Part shown: positions 1-11,630 of the stretch, in pieces | Layout: the number at the start of each line of letters is the position of its first letter | Position numbering within the stretch: the stretch's first letter is position 1 | Translations under genes and position numbers: made by a program | Assembly: GCF_006345805.1 (NCBI RefSeq) | Contig: NC_043010.1 | Location: 34,596,001 to 34,660,000 of the forward strand | Length of the DNA: 64,000 nucleotides | Reading direction: 5' to 3' | DNA from: Octopus sinensis | Taxonomy: Eukaryota | Notes under the pieces: generated by a model | What the model saw: the letters and a program-made list of their open reading frames with translations, nothing else | Told to the model about the DNA's origin: nothing | The model's database searches: none

Positions 1-361
1 CGCCTTGTTTCCCTGGGCATGGATTCACTGAAGCCCCGGCGTCTGGCGACGGACTTGGTAAACACCCACAAAGTTATCAACCACCTCACCAACAACAACA
101 CTGAACACCTTTTTGATCTCCATGTGTCTAACACACGTGGACATGCCTACAAAGTCAGAAAACAACACAGCTCCCATGACTTTCGGAAACATATTTTCAC
201 GCTCAGAGTTGCTGAAGCATGGAATAAACTGCCTGCATCAGTTGTTGACTGCCATGACACTGCATCCTTTAAGGCCCTCATGCTTTCCGAAATCCGCCGA
301 AACTACACCTGATTATATATAGACTTTAGATGAGTTGTAGTGCACCTGAGCACAGTACACA

Positions 362-391
<30 letters not shown>
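1..391 (+). mobile_element. 3' end of CR1/L2-group LINE (ORF2 C-terminus, 3' UTR, (ATT)n tail)
   Basis: ORF 19-312 contains RRLATDL...TRGHAYKV...FTLRVAEAWNKLP...SFK, the typical CR1/L2 ORF2 C-terminal pattern, followed by a short UTR and (ATT)n at ~361-390. Confidence 0.8.
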
Positions 392-402
<11 letters not shown>

Positions 403-785
403 TGGAGGTCAAATCAATAATGAGTATGATTACTGCTTCTTTTTGAGCTGCAGAGTGAAGATTATTTGCAGCATTTTACTGCAATTATTACACAAATGTC
501 TCTTTTTAGTTAAATCAATGCAGAATCTTGTCTGTAGAAAGCACCGGCACTGGTACCACATAAAGAGCATTTGTGCTGGGGTTACATGAAAAGCAGGCAC
601 CTGTGATAGTGCTATGTAAAAAGTAGTTGGTGTTATGAAAGGTATCCAGCTGTATAAACCATGGTAAAGCAGATGACTGGGGACTAGTGGAGCCATCTGG
701 CTTGTTAGCTCCTGTCAAACCATCCAACCCATGTCTGCATGGAAAATGGGCATTAAAAGATGAGGGTTATGAGTATGTATGTATG

Positions 786-822
<37 letters not shown>

Positions 823-1111
823 ATGAGTGTGTGTATGTATGTATTGTATTGTATGTATGTATATGCATGAAGGTATGTATATATGTGTATGTAAAAAAAA
901 CATTAAATCAGGAAATAAGATTTTATCTCCATGCTACCAACAATGGACATACAATATCATTGAAATTCCATCACTAATTCATTCAGAAAATGAGGCTAAT
1001 AAGGTCTCGAAATGTTAATGAACTTTGGTATTTAGATGTCTCAATCTAAACACAAAGGCCCAATGAGGAAACATATGAAAAATATTAATTAAAAAGATTT
1101 TTCAAATACAA

Positions 1112-1275
1112 CAGGCATTGCTGTGTGGTAAAAAGCTTGCTTCACAACCACATGGTTCTAGGTTCAGTTTCACTGTGTGGAACTTTGGGCAAGTGTCTTC
1201 TGCTATAACCTCAGGCCAACCAAAGCCTTGTGAGTGGATTTGGTAGATCAAAACTGAAATAAACCCATTGTATAT
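1112..1275 (+). mobile_element. SINE family A (tRNA-headed), partial
   Basis: GCTGTGTGGTAA..CCACATGGTTC..GGTTCAG..TTGGGCAAGTGTCTTC..CCAAAGCCTTGTGAGTGGATTTGG, shared with copies at 25078, 27516 and 48868. Confidence 0.75.
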
Positions 1276-1588
1276 GTATATAGTGTTCCATTCCAGTTTC
1301 CTATTCAATTTATATTTATTTAGATTTAGATTTATTTAAATATAAATAAGTAGGTGCAAACACATGAACAAAATAAAAATAAAAATAAACAAAAACAAAA
1401 ACAAATTACACATATATAAACAGGAGATACAAATATTACAGGCACTTCCCCCCACACACACACTAAACATAGACACACATAGGGGTATACGCATGCGCAA
1501 ATGAAGACACATACAATAGGAATACAAAATACAAAATTGCTGACCGTTAGTAAGGAGAGACACACAAATAAGAAAGAAGAAAGCAAAG

Positions 1589-1632
1589 GACCACTGATGA
1601 GGTCACAGAAGTGTGATGAAAGAACTCTGGCC
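1589..1632 (+). ncRNA. Candidate minimal type I hammerhead ribozyme
   Basis: ACCA-CTGATGA-G-GTCAC(agaagt)GTGAT-GAAA-G(aa)C-TC-TGG: canonical core, stem II, very short helix III, 3-bp stem I. Confidence 0.45.
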
Positions 1633-1782
1633 AAAATAAGATTAAGATTAATGTAAAAAATAAATAACGCTGAAGCAAAGTAACATCAAATATATAGTGC
1701 TTGTGTTTTTATTGGCTAAACTGGCAAAATGACCATTCCTAAATACAACAATAAATCTCTTATTCTTATTATTATTCTTATA

Positions 1783-2008
1783 CCAGGAGTGGCTGTGTGG
1801 TAAGCAGCTTGCTTACCAACCACATGCTATAGTACTGTATACATAAATGATGGGCTTTTTCAGCTTCTGTCTACCAAATCCACACACAAGGCTTTGGTTA
1901 GCCCAGGGCTATTGTAGAAGACACTTGCCCAAGTTGACATGCAGTAGAATTGAACCTGGAACTATGTGGTTGGGAAACAAACTTCTTATCACAGCAACAT
2001 CTGCACTT
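1783..2008. mobile_element. SINE A head (+) joined to a minus-strand SINE A copy
   Basis: 1785-1825 matches the head; 1845-2005 is the reverse complement of head plus body. Confidence 0.7.
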
Positions 2009-2531
2009 TTGTCAGTTTATAAACAGATTTTCATCTGTCACTTTGATGATATCAAACACGTTTTCTTCATTTGCACTCAACACAATTCTCATTTTGCAAA
2101 CATCAGGTTGCTTAACATTATTACCTTCATTGAAATATTGCAAAAGTCTTAGAATGTAATACTTCATTTTCAGAGATTAGATGATGTTTCAGATTGAGGT
2201 ATGTTTTATTCCTTTTTTTTTTTATGGTATTCAATGAGAAGACAGATGAGAAGCAGCAGCTTTAATTAAATTTTTCATCAACTGTTGATTTATCTCAGCT
2301 GAAACAGAAACGGATCTACTACACTTTGAGACGCCATTCAATAGATCACTTTCTCTATCTAACTTGCTATTTTTGGTCTAGATAGTTAACTGGTTTTAGA
2401 AATCTTCTTCCATCCTGTACAATGTACAATGGTATCAGAAGCTGTAGAAGTATTTCATAATCCAAACATACTGATCAATTGAATATCATTTATCTGTCAT
2501 TATCTGCAATTTTGTAAAGTAATGCGATATC

Positions 2532-2532
2532 A

Positions 2533-2571
<39 letters not shown>

Positions 2572-2587
2572 CATATATATATATATG

Positions 2588-2623
<36 letters not shown>

Positions 2624-2646
2624 TATATATATGTATGTATGTATAT

Positions 2647-2702
<56 letters not shown>

Positions 2703-2711
2703 GTATATATA

Positions 2712-2743
<32 letters not shown>

Positions 2744-2762
2744 ATATGTATATATATGTATG

Positions 2763-2849
<87 letters not shown>

Positions 2850-2854
2850 GTATG

Positions 2855-2892
<38 letters not shown>
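2532..2892. repeat. (GATA)n followed by long imperfect (TA)n/(TG)n microsatellite
   Basis: Direct reading. Confidence 0.95.
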
Positions 2893-2894
<2 letters not shown>

Positions 2895-3689
2895 TTCATA
2901 TACACACATGTATGTGTGTGTGCATATGTTCCTAAATATTAGGGGATTAAAATGTTACATGCAAATTAATTAGCTGATAATAGCATAGAAACCAAGAGCT
3001 ATTAATATTTCTGTTGTTACATGTATGCCAATTTTTTAATCTTATTTTAATATTATTATTATTATTTAATCTAATAATAATATTATTAATATTCAATGAT
3101 TTTATTAATAATATTACAATTATTTAATCTATAGCTATTAAATCCATGGGTACACATGCATATGTGCATGCACACACACATGCATGTGCACACACACACA
3201 CACACCACACACAGAGCAGCTGAAAACAGAATCATTTCATTAAAGTACTGAACAAAACGCTTCACAGTATTTGTATCAGAACTATCTGCTCTACATTCAA
3301 ATCCTGCCAAGATCAGCCTCTCATTTCCCCAGGGTTGGTAAAAGTGTACTGGTCTGGTAACAATCAAATATTGTAATTGATTTAAGTGATGATGAATTAG
3401 TAGCTGGACTCCTTAAGCCTACAGTCTGATGCTGTTTCCAACTTTGTTCTAGAAACTTCTGTGATTGCATTGATTCTTAGCTGTATCAGCCCTTATATTC
3501 AAGGGTAGATCCTTGAATATAAGTGATATTCTGATTAGTCTTTGAAATGTAATATTTACTTATTCATATTGCTTTTAATTAATCAAAAGCTTGCAGCTTT
3601 AAGATTTTGATAACGTGATTGTTTGTCTTGAGAATGACATTGTAGTATACATGTGAGAGGCCAGATTTGGCTGATTTATACATGAAATA

Positions 3690-3985
3690 AATGTGGAGCA
3701 ATGTAATGGACTGAAACCCTTCCCCTAAAAGTGCTGGCCTTGTGCCAAAATTTGAAATCACTCTAAGCAGAATCATTAGCATATTGGGCAAAATGCTTAG
3801 TGGCATTTCATCTGGCTTTATGTTCTGAATTCAAATTCTGTTATAGTCGACTTTGTCTTTCAGCCTTTTTGGATTGATGAAATAAGTACCAGCTGAATAC
3901 TGGAGCTGATGTAATCGACTATCTCCTCTCAACAAATTTCAGGCCTTGTGCCTATTGTAGAAAGAATTACTATTATTATTATTCA
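3690..3985 (+). mobile_element. SINE family B: one tail fragment and one near-full copy with (ATT)n tail
   Basis: GCAGAATC.TTAGC..AAATGCTTAG..GTTCTGA.TTCAAATTC..GTCGACTTTG..AAGTACCAG..GGCCTTGTGCC motif chain repeated many times in the window. Confidence 0.75.
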
Positions 3986-4382
3986 GTAGTCTTATTTTTA
4001 TCACATGCTTTCACAGCACTACCAAACGCAGCTCTGTGTGCCTTGGGTATGTGCTGTGGTTTGTTGTGATGCTCTTATTTTTACTGTCCTGAAAGTGTTT
4101 TACATAGGATGTGTGTGGTGCCTAGTAGTGCTATTTTCTGTATGCAATATATACTTGTTAGTCCTGGTGTTTTTGTTATGTATTTGTCTGAATTTTTTTT
4201 TTATCATTCCTTATGATAGGAATTGTTTCTGATTTTAGACTCCACATTTAAGTTACCTCTATTTCCAGGCCTTTGTCTTTTGAAAGTTTCTCTGCCTCTT
4301 TTAGAGAAAAATTGTCATCTGTTGGTATTGATAAATCGATTAGAAAGTATTTTTTCTTGATGGTCTCTGATGACTATATCCA
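3983..4382 (-). mobile_element. 3' end of R4/Dong-like RLE non-LTR retrotransposon
   Basis: Minus strand translates, with frameshifts and a stop, to DIVIRDHQ..FLIDLSIPTDDN.SLKEAEKLSK..LEIEV..MW.LK.ETIPII..PGLTSIYCIQKIALLGTTHILCKTLS (restriction-like endonuclease), then UTR and (AAT)n. Confidence 0.8.
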
Positions 4383-4392
4383 GCCAATTGGC

Positions 4393-5080
4393 TATGAGCT
4401 GGCAGAATCGTTAGCAAGCTGGACAAAATGCTTAGCAGTATTTTGCCTGTTGCTATGTTATGAGTTGAAATTCCTCTGAGGTCAACTTTGTTTTTTGTCC
4501 TTTTGGGGTCAATGAATTAAATACCTGAGAAACACTGGGGTTGATATAATTGACTAGTCCCCTTTCTGTAAATTTCAAGGCCTTGTGCCTTCAGTAGAAA
4601 AGATTATTATTATTATTATTATTAGGGAGGCAAGCTAGCAGAATTGCTAACACACCAGGCAAAATGCTTAGCATCTTTACGTTCTGAGTTTCAATTCCAC
4701 CAAGATCAACTTTGTTTTTCATCCTTTTGAGGTCAATAAAATAAATACCAGTTGAACACTTGGGTTGATATAAGTGACTTACCCCCTCCCCCAAAATTGC
4801 TGGCCTCAAGTCAAAATTTGAAACCATTATTATTATTATTATTTGGCAGCAAGCTAACGCAATTGTTAGCATGCCAGGCAAAATGCTTAGCAGTATTTAG
4901 CCTGATTTACGCTATGAGTTCAAATTCCGCCAATGTCAAAATTGCCTTTCATCCTTTTGGGGGTTGATAAATCAAGTACCAGTTGAATACTGGAGACCGA
5001 TGTAATTGACTACTCACCTCCCTCTAAATTTCAGGTCTTATACCTATAGTAGAAAGGATTATTATTATTATTATTATTAT
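4393..5080 (+). mobile_element. Three head-to-tail SINE B copies separated by (ATT)n
   Basis: Copies at about 4393, 4626 and 4844, each ending in ATT repeats. Confidence 0.8.
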
Positions 5081-5712
5081 TGAGTGAGAGAGCAGTGCAT
5101 GCCATCAAAGTGACATTGGGGTAAAATATACAAAGCCCAGTATACCCATCATGACTACCCGTCTGATAAGGGTACACTAGGCACATGCATCACAACCATA
5201 TGTGCACGACATGACAAAAGTTAGTGAAATATCTAAAATGTTTACAATTGGATAGATAGACAAATATAACAAAATAATTTGATAAAAAATGTGAATTTTT
5301 AATTATTTTCTGAGATTTTACAAAAACAACAAAAATATTTTTTAATTAGGATGATCTCACATCAAGATAAACAGTACATGACCTTGCAGGTGGGGCCCAG
5401 TTAGAATTTTCTTCTGGTTGAGTAACCCATCCCACTCAAAAGGTCCCTGAATAAGGGTTGTTTAAGGATGCTGAATGAAACACCCATGTTTCCAGATGTG
5501 ACTTATTCAAACCCCAAAGAATCCCTCTCAACACATGGCTATGATGCTCCCCCCACTACTTCTGCTTGTGATCAGAGACGCACATATCATCAGCCACTAA
5601 GAGACATGCCCAACTGGTTAAGGTCAAACAACTGACAAGCAAATGTGTGGTATTTAGCAGAATATTTGCTGTAGCTGATCTTTTATACCAAGACAAAACA
5701 ATGTACATGATA
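5078..5712 (-). mobile_element. Non-coding retroposon family F, with ~140-bp AT-rich insert at about 5214-5352
   Basis: Reverse complement of 14465-15029; flanked on both sides by (ATT)n. Confidence 0.75.
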
Positions 5713-5769
5713 TTATTATTATTATTATTATTATTATATTATTATTATTATTATTATTAATTATTATTA

Positions 5770-5975
5770 TGAAATGCTTAGCAGCATTTCACTTGTTGCT
5801 ACGTTCTAAGTTCAAATTCTGCCGAGGTCAACTTTACTTTTAATTTTTTTGGAGTCAATAAATTATGTACCAGTAGAAAACTGAGGTGAATGCAATCAAC
5901 TAGTCCTCTCCCTGAAAATATCAGGCCTTGTGTCTTTAGTAGAAAGGATTATCATTATTATTATTACTATTATTT
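5770..5975 (+). mobile_element. SINE B
   Basis: Family motifs and ATT tail. Confidence 0.7.
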
Positions 5976-6474
5976 GAGGGGCAGAGTAGTAGAAGCAATA
6001 AACATGCCTTACAACATTTAGTTTCAACCTCCTGTGTTCTGTGTTTGAATTCCACTAGGGTCACTAGCTTTTTATCTCATTCTTCAACAAAATAAGCACT
6101 GAATTGGAATTGCTTCCACCATCATTTACACTCCATTGCCACCTCCTCCTCCAGATTTGTGGCTTTCTGCCAATGTAAGAAATAATTGCTAATTTAGCAC
6201 TGTTGTGTTGCTTGAAGACTGGGTTTTTGGATTAGCTTCTACTGAATTTCTGCCAGTGCCAAGGATTGTGGCTCTATGCAGTTGTTTGATGTGTCAGAAA
6301 TTGCAACTAAAGTCTTTCAATTCAAACTTTATTATCTTAGAAAAAGACATTGGATAATTTGGTTGTGGATTCCTTGCACATAGTGAAAATACAGGATGGT
6401 TACATGGAATGGCTATGGTTGGAATGTCTTTGATTATATATAGGTTTGTTTGATCAGGGCTGGTGTGCAGCTAA

Positions 6475-6512
6475 ACAACAACAGCAACACCAACAACACT
6501 ACCACCACCACC

Positions 6513-6544
<32 letters not shown>

Positions 6545-6835
6545 CATAACAGCAAAAACAACAACACCAACAGCAACACCACCAACAGCAACAGTAAGAG
6601 CAACAACAACAATACCAACAACAACTGCAGAGGCAGCAGCAGTAAAAGCAAGAAGAAAGAGAAGGAGGAGGAGGAGAAGAAGAAGAAGAAGAAGAAGAAG
6701 AAGAGAAGAAGAAGAAGAAGGAGGAGGAGGAGGAGGAGAACAACAACAACAACAACAACAACTGCAGCAGTACCAGCAAAAACAACAACTGCAGCAGTAC
6801 CAGCAAAAACAACAACAAACAACAACATCTATTGC
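6475..6835. repeat. Compound trinucleotide tract (CAA/CAC/GAA/GGA)n
   Basis: Direct reading. Confidence 0.95.
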
Positions 6836-7595
6836 TGAATCTCCTTTAGTCCTTAAGGTATTTTGATGTGACCACCACCATAAATTTTTCTGTTAGAATA
6901 TGAAGGAAGAAGATATTGCAAGTGTGAGATGTCAACTGTTTCACTCACGCACGCTCAAGCTCACGAGACCATTTCTGTTAACAATAAGAAATGAATACTT
7001 CACCCCATGCAGTGAGTCTCCTCTCAGACAGTATTCTAATTACTCTGTAGCTATCTGTCTACCTAAGTATTCGTTAGTGTCAAAGAGGGGAGGGAGGGAG
7101 GCAGGTGGTGGTATGTGTGGGGTTACTCAAGACTAACTAGGCGAGTGGTGCTTGATAAGGAAACAAGATGGGAAGGAGGCAGGCAGGGGGTGGGGCAGGG
7201 TTAGGCTGAGTTAATGAGAAATTAGCTAGAACAACAATATTGGTAACATCAGCTTCGGTAACAACTACGGCAGGTAGTAACACTATCAACGGAACCCATC
7301 GCAGAGTCTCTTCACGGTCTCTTGGTTTGCTAGAAATAGCAGTGAAATAATTCTCAAACTACATCTTATCACTTTACAAATAAAAAGTATTAAATACACT
7401 TGTAGTTTTAGATACACTATGTCTGAAAAAAAAGGAGAAAATAATACAGGGTGAACACGGTTAGAATATCTTGGATTGAAATTCTTGCTTGATCGGTGCT
7501 ATTTTGGTGCTTTGTGCCCGGGGATGGTGGAGGTATTAAGGGAGAGAGGGCAGAGCAGGTTTCTGTAGAGGTATTTGTATGGCTATTCACATAAG

Positions 7596-7638
<43 letters not shown>

Positions 7639-8084
7639 TTTTGGTGAGATGAATAAACTTCAATCAACTGAGATTGCAATTAGGAGACAAAATCTCCCTC
7701 TATATGTGTTGGAAATCTAAAAATGAACAGCTCCAATAACATCAGATTATTCAAATTTTTGGTAAAACAAAGATAATGCAGTCAAGAATGGATTTTGTCT
7801 TTAAAAACCAAAGTTGTAAAAACAACAGACATGCTTTGATGTTAAACCTCCTCAGCAAAACATCTCCAGCTCAGATGGCAAGACTCAGAGAGGATCACTG
7901 TATATAAAATACATAATTCATATACATAATCAATGTATATAGAATACATAATTATGAATATCAACAGGATAAATATGCTGTCAGTCCTCTGATATAGCTC
8001 TAGTATATTTGAAGGATGACATTGTTTAAGATTGAATACTTTCCCATATGTACTTGGTCATCAGCCAAACAGCTTCTGATTCAA

Positions 8085-8695
8085 GTCAACACCCAAACAA
8101 CTTGTGAACTCAGTCAAATATCCAAGTAATTTTCAAAAACACAATCAATACTTATGCAACCTATGTAGTCAGTCAATACCAAGCATCATTTTAGCTATTT
8201 CCAAATCAAAGCAACTTTTGAAATCTGTGACATGTTTAAGTACTTTTTAACTCAGCCTGTGGCTGAATAAATCTATTAAAAAAAAAAATTTCTGCATCTA
8301 GTCAATGCTTGATATATGTATAAACCCAGGCTATAATCAAGTTAAAATTCAATCATGGTTTAATAATTGAACTCAGCTGATACACCAAGCAACCTTTGAA
8401 CTCTTGAACTCAGTCAATACACCAAGCAACCTATGAATCCAGTCAATGTTTCAAGAAACTTCTGAACTCAGATGGTGATGGTATTCAAAAGTCACTTTTG
8501 AATACCATCAATGACTCCAAACAACTTTTAAACAAATCAATAGCTCCAAGCAACTTCTGAATGTGTTCAATGTTTCAAGCAACTTGTAAACTCAAGCAAC
8601 ACCAAAGTAACTTCTGAACACATTCAACAACTTCAAGCAACTTCTGAACTGAGTGAGAGCTCTAAGCAACTTCTAAATTCAGTCAATAGCAAAAC
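8085..8695. repeat. Degenerate ~29-bp minisatellite (CAAGCAACTTCTGAACTCAGTCAAT-like)
   Basis: About 14 recognisable units, e.g. near 8386, 8424, 8452, 8547, 8576, 8634 and 8663; related units recur at about 9850-9900. Confidence 0.75.
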
Positions 8696-8699
8696 GACC

Positions 8700-8966
8700 T
8701 GTGCTGGTGGCATGTGTAAAAGAATTCGAGCGAGGTCATTGCCAGTACCGCCTGACTGGCCCCCGTACTGGTGGCACGTAAAAGCACCCACTACACTCTC
8801 GGAGTGGTTGGCATTAGGAAGGGCATCCAGCTGTAGAAACTCTGCCAAATCAAGATTGGAGACTGGTGCAACCATCTGGTTTGCCAGCCCCCAGTCAAAA
8901 TCGTCCAACCCATACTAGCATTGAAAGCGGACGTTAAATGATGATGATGATGATGATGATAATGAT
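8700..8966 (+). mobile_element. Family C, RTE-related non-autonomous retroposon with (ATG)n tail
   Basis: GGCACGTAAAAGCACCCACTACACTC..GTGGTTGGC.TTAGGAAGGGCATCCAGCTGTAGAAAC..CCAACCCAT.CTAGCAT..GGACGTTAAATGATGATG. Confidence 0.75.
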
Positions 8967-9009
8967 GAACACAGTCAATGGTTGCAAGCATTCTCTAAAA
9001 TCAGTAAGT

Positions 9010-9178
9010 ATTGGTTTCAAATTTTGGCACAAGACCAGCAATTTCGTGGAAGGGGATAAGTCAATTACATTAAGCTCAGTGCTTAACAGGTAATTATTTT
9101 ATTGACCCTGAAATGATGAAAGGCAAAGTCGACTTCAGTGAAATTTGAATTCAGAACATAATGACAGATGAAATGGTC
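9010..9178 (-). mobile_element. SINE B
   Basis: Reverse complement of family motifs. Confidence 0.7.
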
Positions 9179-9180
9179 CT

Positions 9181-9553
9181 TCGAGTAAAACCACCAATAG
9201 AAGAGAATATGACCAAGAACTGCATGTACTCCATCCCATGCAGCTGTGGTAAGTTATACAAAGGCGAAACATGCCGCCCCCTCAAAATAAGGGTAGGAGA
9301 ATATTGCAAAGCTGTGACACGGGGAGATATTGATAAATCGAGTATAGCTGATCATGTATAGAAAAATGGAGACCACCTCCCCCTGTGGGATGAAGCTAAA
9401 ATAATAGACAGAGAACACCACTGGAAAATACGAAAACTAAAAGAAGTAGCACGTATGCTAGGACACAACAACCTTCTAAGCAGACCGAGTGCAGATATGA
9501 ACAGCATATGGGAACCAGTATTAAGGAAGGATAGGAAAATATTAGATTTATAA
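9181..9553 (+). pseudogene. GIY-YIG endonuclease C-terminus of a Penelope/Poseidon-type element (5'-truncated, one in-frame stop)
   Basis: NCMYSIPCSCGKLYKGETCRPLKIRVGEY..SSIADHV*KNGDHLPLWDEAKIIDRE..KLKE..LLSRPS..WEPVL; stop at 9551-9553. Confidence 0.85.
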
Positions 9554-9583
9554 GCCCTAAAATTCACTCCATAATTGCCCATG

Positions 9584-9655
9584 GGGATATGGCGTAGTGG
9601 TTAAGAGTGTGGACTACTAACCCCAAGATTCCAAGTTCGATTCCAGGCAGTGACC
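9584..9655 (+). other. tRNA-like segment with Pol III A and B boxes, downstream of the PLE ORF (not a functional tRNA)
   Basis: TGGCGTAGTGGTTAAG (A box) and GTTCGATTCC (B box); no convincing acceptor stem. Confidence 0.65.
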
Positions 9656-9725
9656 TTAATAATAATAACAACAACATCAAAAAAATACTTTAGGAATGAG
9701 AACCCAGGTTCAAAATTTCCCCAAG

Positions 9726-9764
9726 ACACCTGATGAAGGCTTGGAGAGTATTATCAGCTGAAAC
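9726..9764 (+). ncRNA. Hammerhead ribozyme remnant lacking the cleavage-site strand
   Basis: CTGATGA-A-GGCTTG..CAGCT-GAAAC; no GUH triplet or stem I partner follows. Confidence 0.5.
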
Positions 9765-10510
9765 AAGATGAGGACAAATATCTGTCAAATATAAATAATG
9801 TAGATGAAATACTGCTCAGCATTTTGCCTGGCATTCTAAAAATTCTGCCAACTCACAAGCAATTTTTGAACTCAGTGTACAAGAAACTTTTGAATCAGGT
9901 TGACACCCTGCACAAGAATCAGTTCTCTCTGAATTCAACCCTTAGTTCCTTGCAGTTAACAACACCTTTTGGGGTTTCTGCTTGTTTATTTATTTTTCTT
10001 ATTCGTTACCTCCTTTTCCACTTAGTCACAGAAAATAAAAAAAAAAGGTTGCTTTCCCCACTGTCTCCTACTCACTCAGGTTTTCTTAATGCTGAATATA
10101 GCAACAATATGAATAGCAGATGCATCATGAAATCTACTGCCTTTTCACTCATGCAACCCCCCAATAAGGGCCTTTAACTCCCACTTCCCCCCACTCACTC
10201 TCCTTCTCTGAACTGATTGAGTTTCATGTTTCAAGTTTCAGAACATGTGCGTGTATTGTTGGAAACAGAAAGGAAAACTACAAATCTCAGCCTGTCTGTT
10301 TGCCTGTCTGTCTGTGTCAATTTCTTCCTCTTGTATATATACACACAGGCACTCACACAAATACAGGCAAATGCACAGAAAGACTTAATATATCAACACT
10401 CAGACACATTTACATAAATATATAAATACATACATATGTACATACAAACATACACAAACACTGAATTCACATGTACACAAACACACACATATACAAGTAT
10501 CTCCCCCCCT

Positions 10511-10556
<46 letters not shown>

Positions 10557-10575
10557 ATATATATATATATATATA

Positions 10576-10729
10576 TATGTATGAATTTAAATATAAATTT
10601 GTAATGTAAATATATGGATTCATAGAATTATGTGGCTTTCACAGAAAACTCCTCTAACAGCCAGTCATTAATCCTAAGGATGTCAAGTGGTTAAATAAAT
10701 ATATTCATCTCTCATAACTCCTGACATTT

Positions 10730-10770
<41 letters not shown>

Positions 10771-10925
10771 TTAAATATAAATTTGTAATGTAAATATATG
10801 GATTCATAGAATTATGTGGCTTTCACAGAAAACTCCTCTAACAGCCAGTCATTAATCCTAAGGATGTCAAGTGGTTAAATAAATATATTCATCTCTCATA
10901 ACTCCTGACATTTATAGTTTATATA
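10576..10925. repeat. Near-perfect ~185-bp direct tandem duplication bounded by (TA)n
   Basis: 10576-10740 is essentially identical to 10760-10925. Confidence 0.9.
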
Positions 10926-11123
10926 TATATATATATAAGATCCAGGGATTGAGGTGTAGGAAGAAAGTTAGATTCATTTAATCAAGATATCCTTGGCCTG
11001 AAGAGTAGCCTACGATATACACCTCACTTGGATATTTACCACTTCTGAGGTTCTGCTCACTATGTAGCCCAGATCTTATCTACTCCTTTCCTTAACTCTT
11101 ATATATATATATATATGTATATA

Positions 11124-11486
11124 CTAGTACTATGACCCGGCAACACCGGATCATAGTGCTAGTGCATGCATATACAGCTGCGTGCATGCACACATACATG
11201 CGAGTACTGTCCAAATCTCCGACCAATCACATACAGCTAGCTGGCATTCAATTGGCGTATCAAGTTTTGGGCATTTTGATTGGGTTTTGGATAGAAAATT
11301 CACAAAAAAGTCACTTCTATTGATTTTTTAATAGCTTTATGGGGTGACTGGGGAAATGTAAAGATGTGCACGACTATCTTGGACGGTTTTGAATGACCAT
11401 AGAAAGTGCGAGCTCTCTAACTGAAAAATTGTGGATTTGTATAAAGGACATGCACGCAGACGTTTTGCCGTTTATATATATAGAGA
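11124..11486 (-). mobile_element. Non-autonomous Helitron
   Basis: Minus strand starts A|TCTCTATATATATAAACGG and ends with hairpin ACTATGATCCGG-tgttg-CCGGGTCATAGT followed by A-CTAG|T; no TSD. Confidence 0.75.
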
Positions 11487-11543
11487 TATATATAGCTAGC
11501 TAGATATATACATACATACACATACACACAAACAAATATATAT

Positions 11544-11630
<87 letters not shown>

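Noticed and set aside
2030-2200. 54-aa minus-strand open frame and a 25-bp AG/GT-bounded plus-strand segment
   Set aside because: No recognisable homology; the plus segment contains a stop or is closed in all frames
2486-2973. Long YIYI/ICIC ORFs, and similar ORFs at 6446-6866, 15944-16399, 22903-23367, 29580-30838, 43782-44180 and 49796-50450
   Set aside because: Translations of microsatellites with no protein signal
3492-3523. Perfect 13-bp hairpin CTTATATTCAAGG/CCTTGAATATAAG
   Set aside because: Short and AT-rich, with no supporting context
6240-6440. Possible RLE-LINE C-terminus on the minus strand (IKQLHRATILGT)
   Set aside because: Only one short motif matches; too degenerate to call
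8085-8695. Repeat with ~29-bp period superficially like a CRISPR array
   Set aside because: Units are contiguous and degenerate with no unique spacers, there are no cas genes, and the context is eukaryotic
10935-11090. TAAGATC..GATCTTA ends and a CTGAAGA..GATA hammerhead-like string
   Set aside because: The TIR is very short and imperfect; the ribozyme core lacks GAAA and stem I
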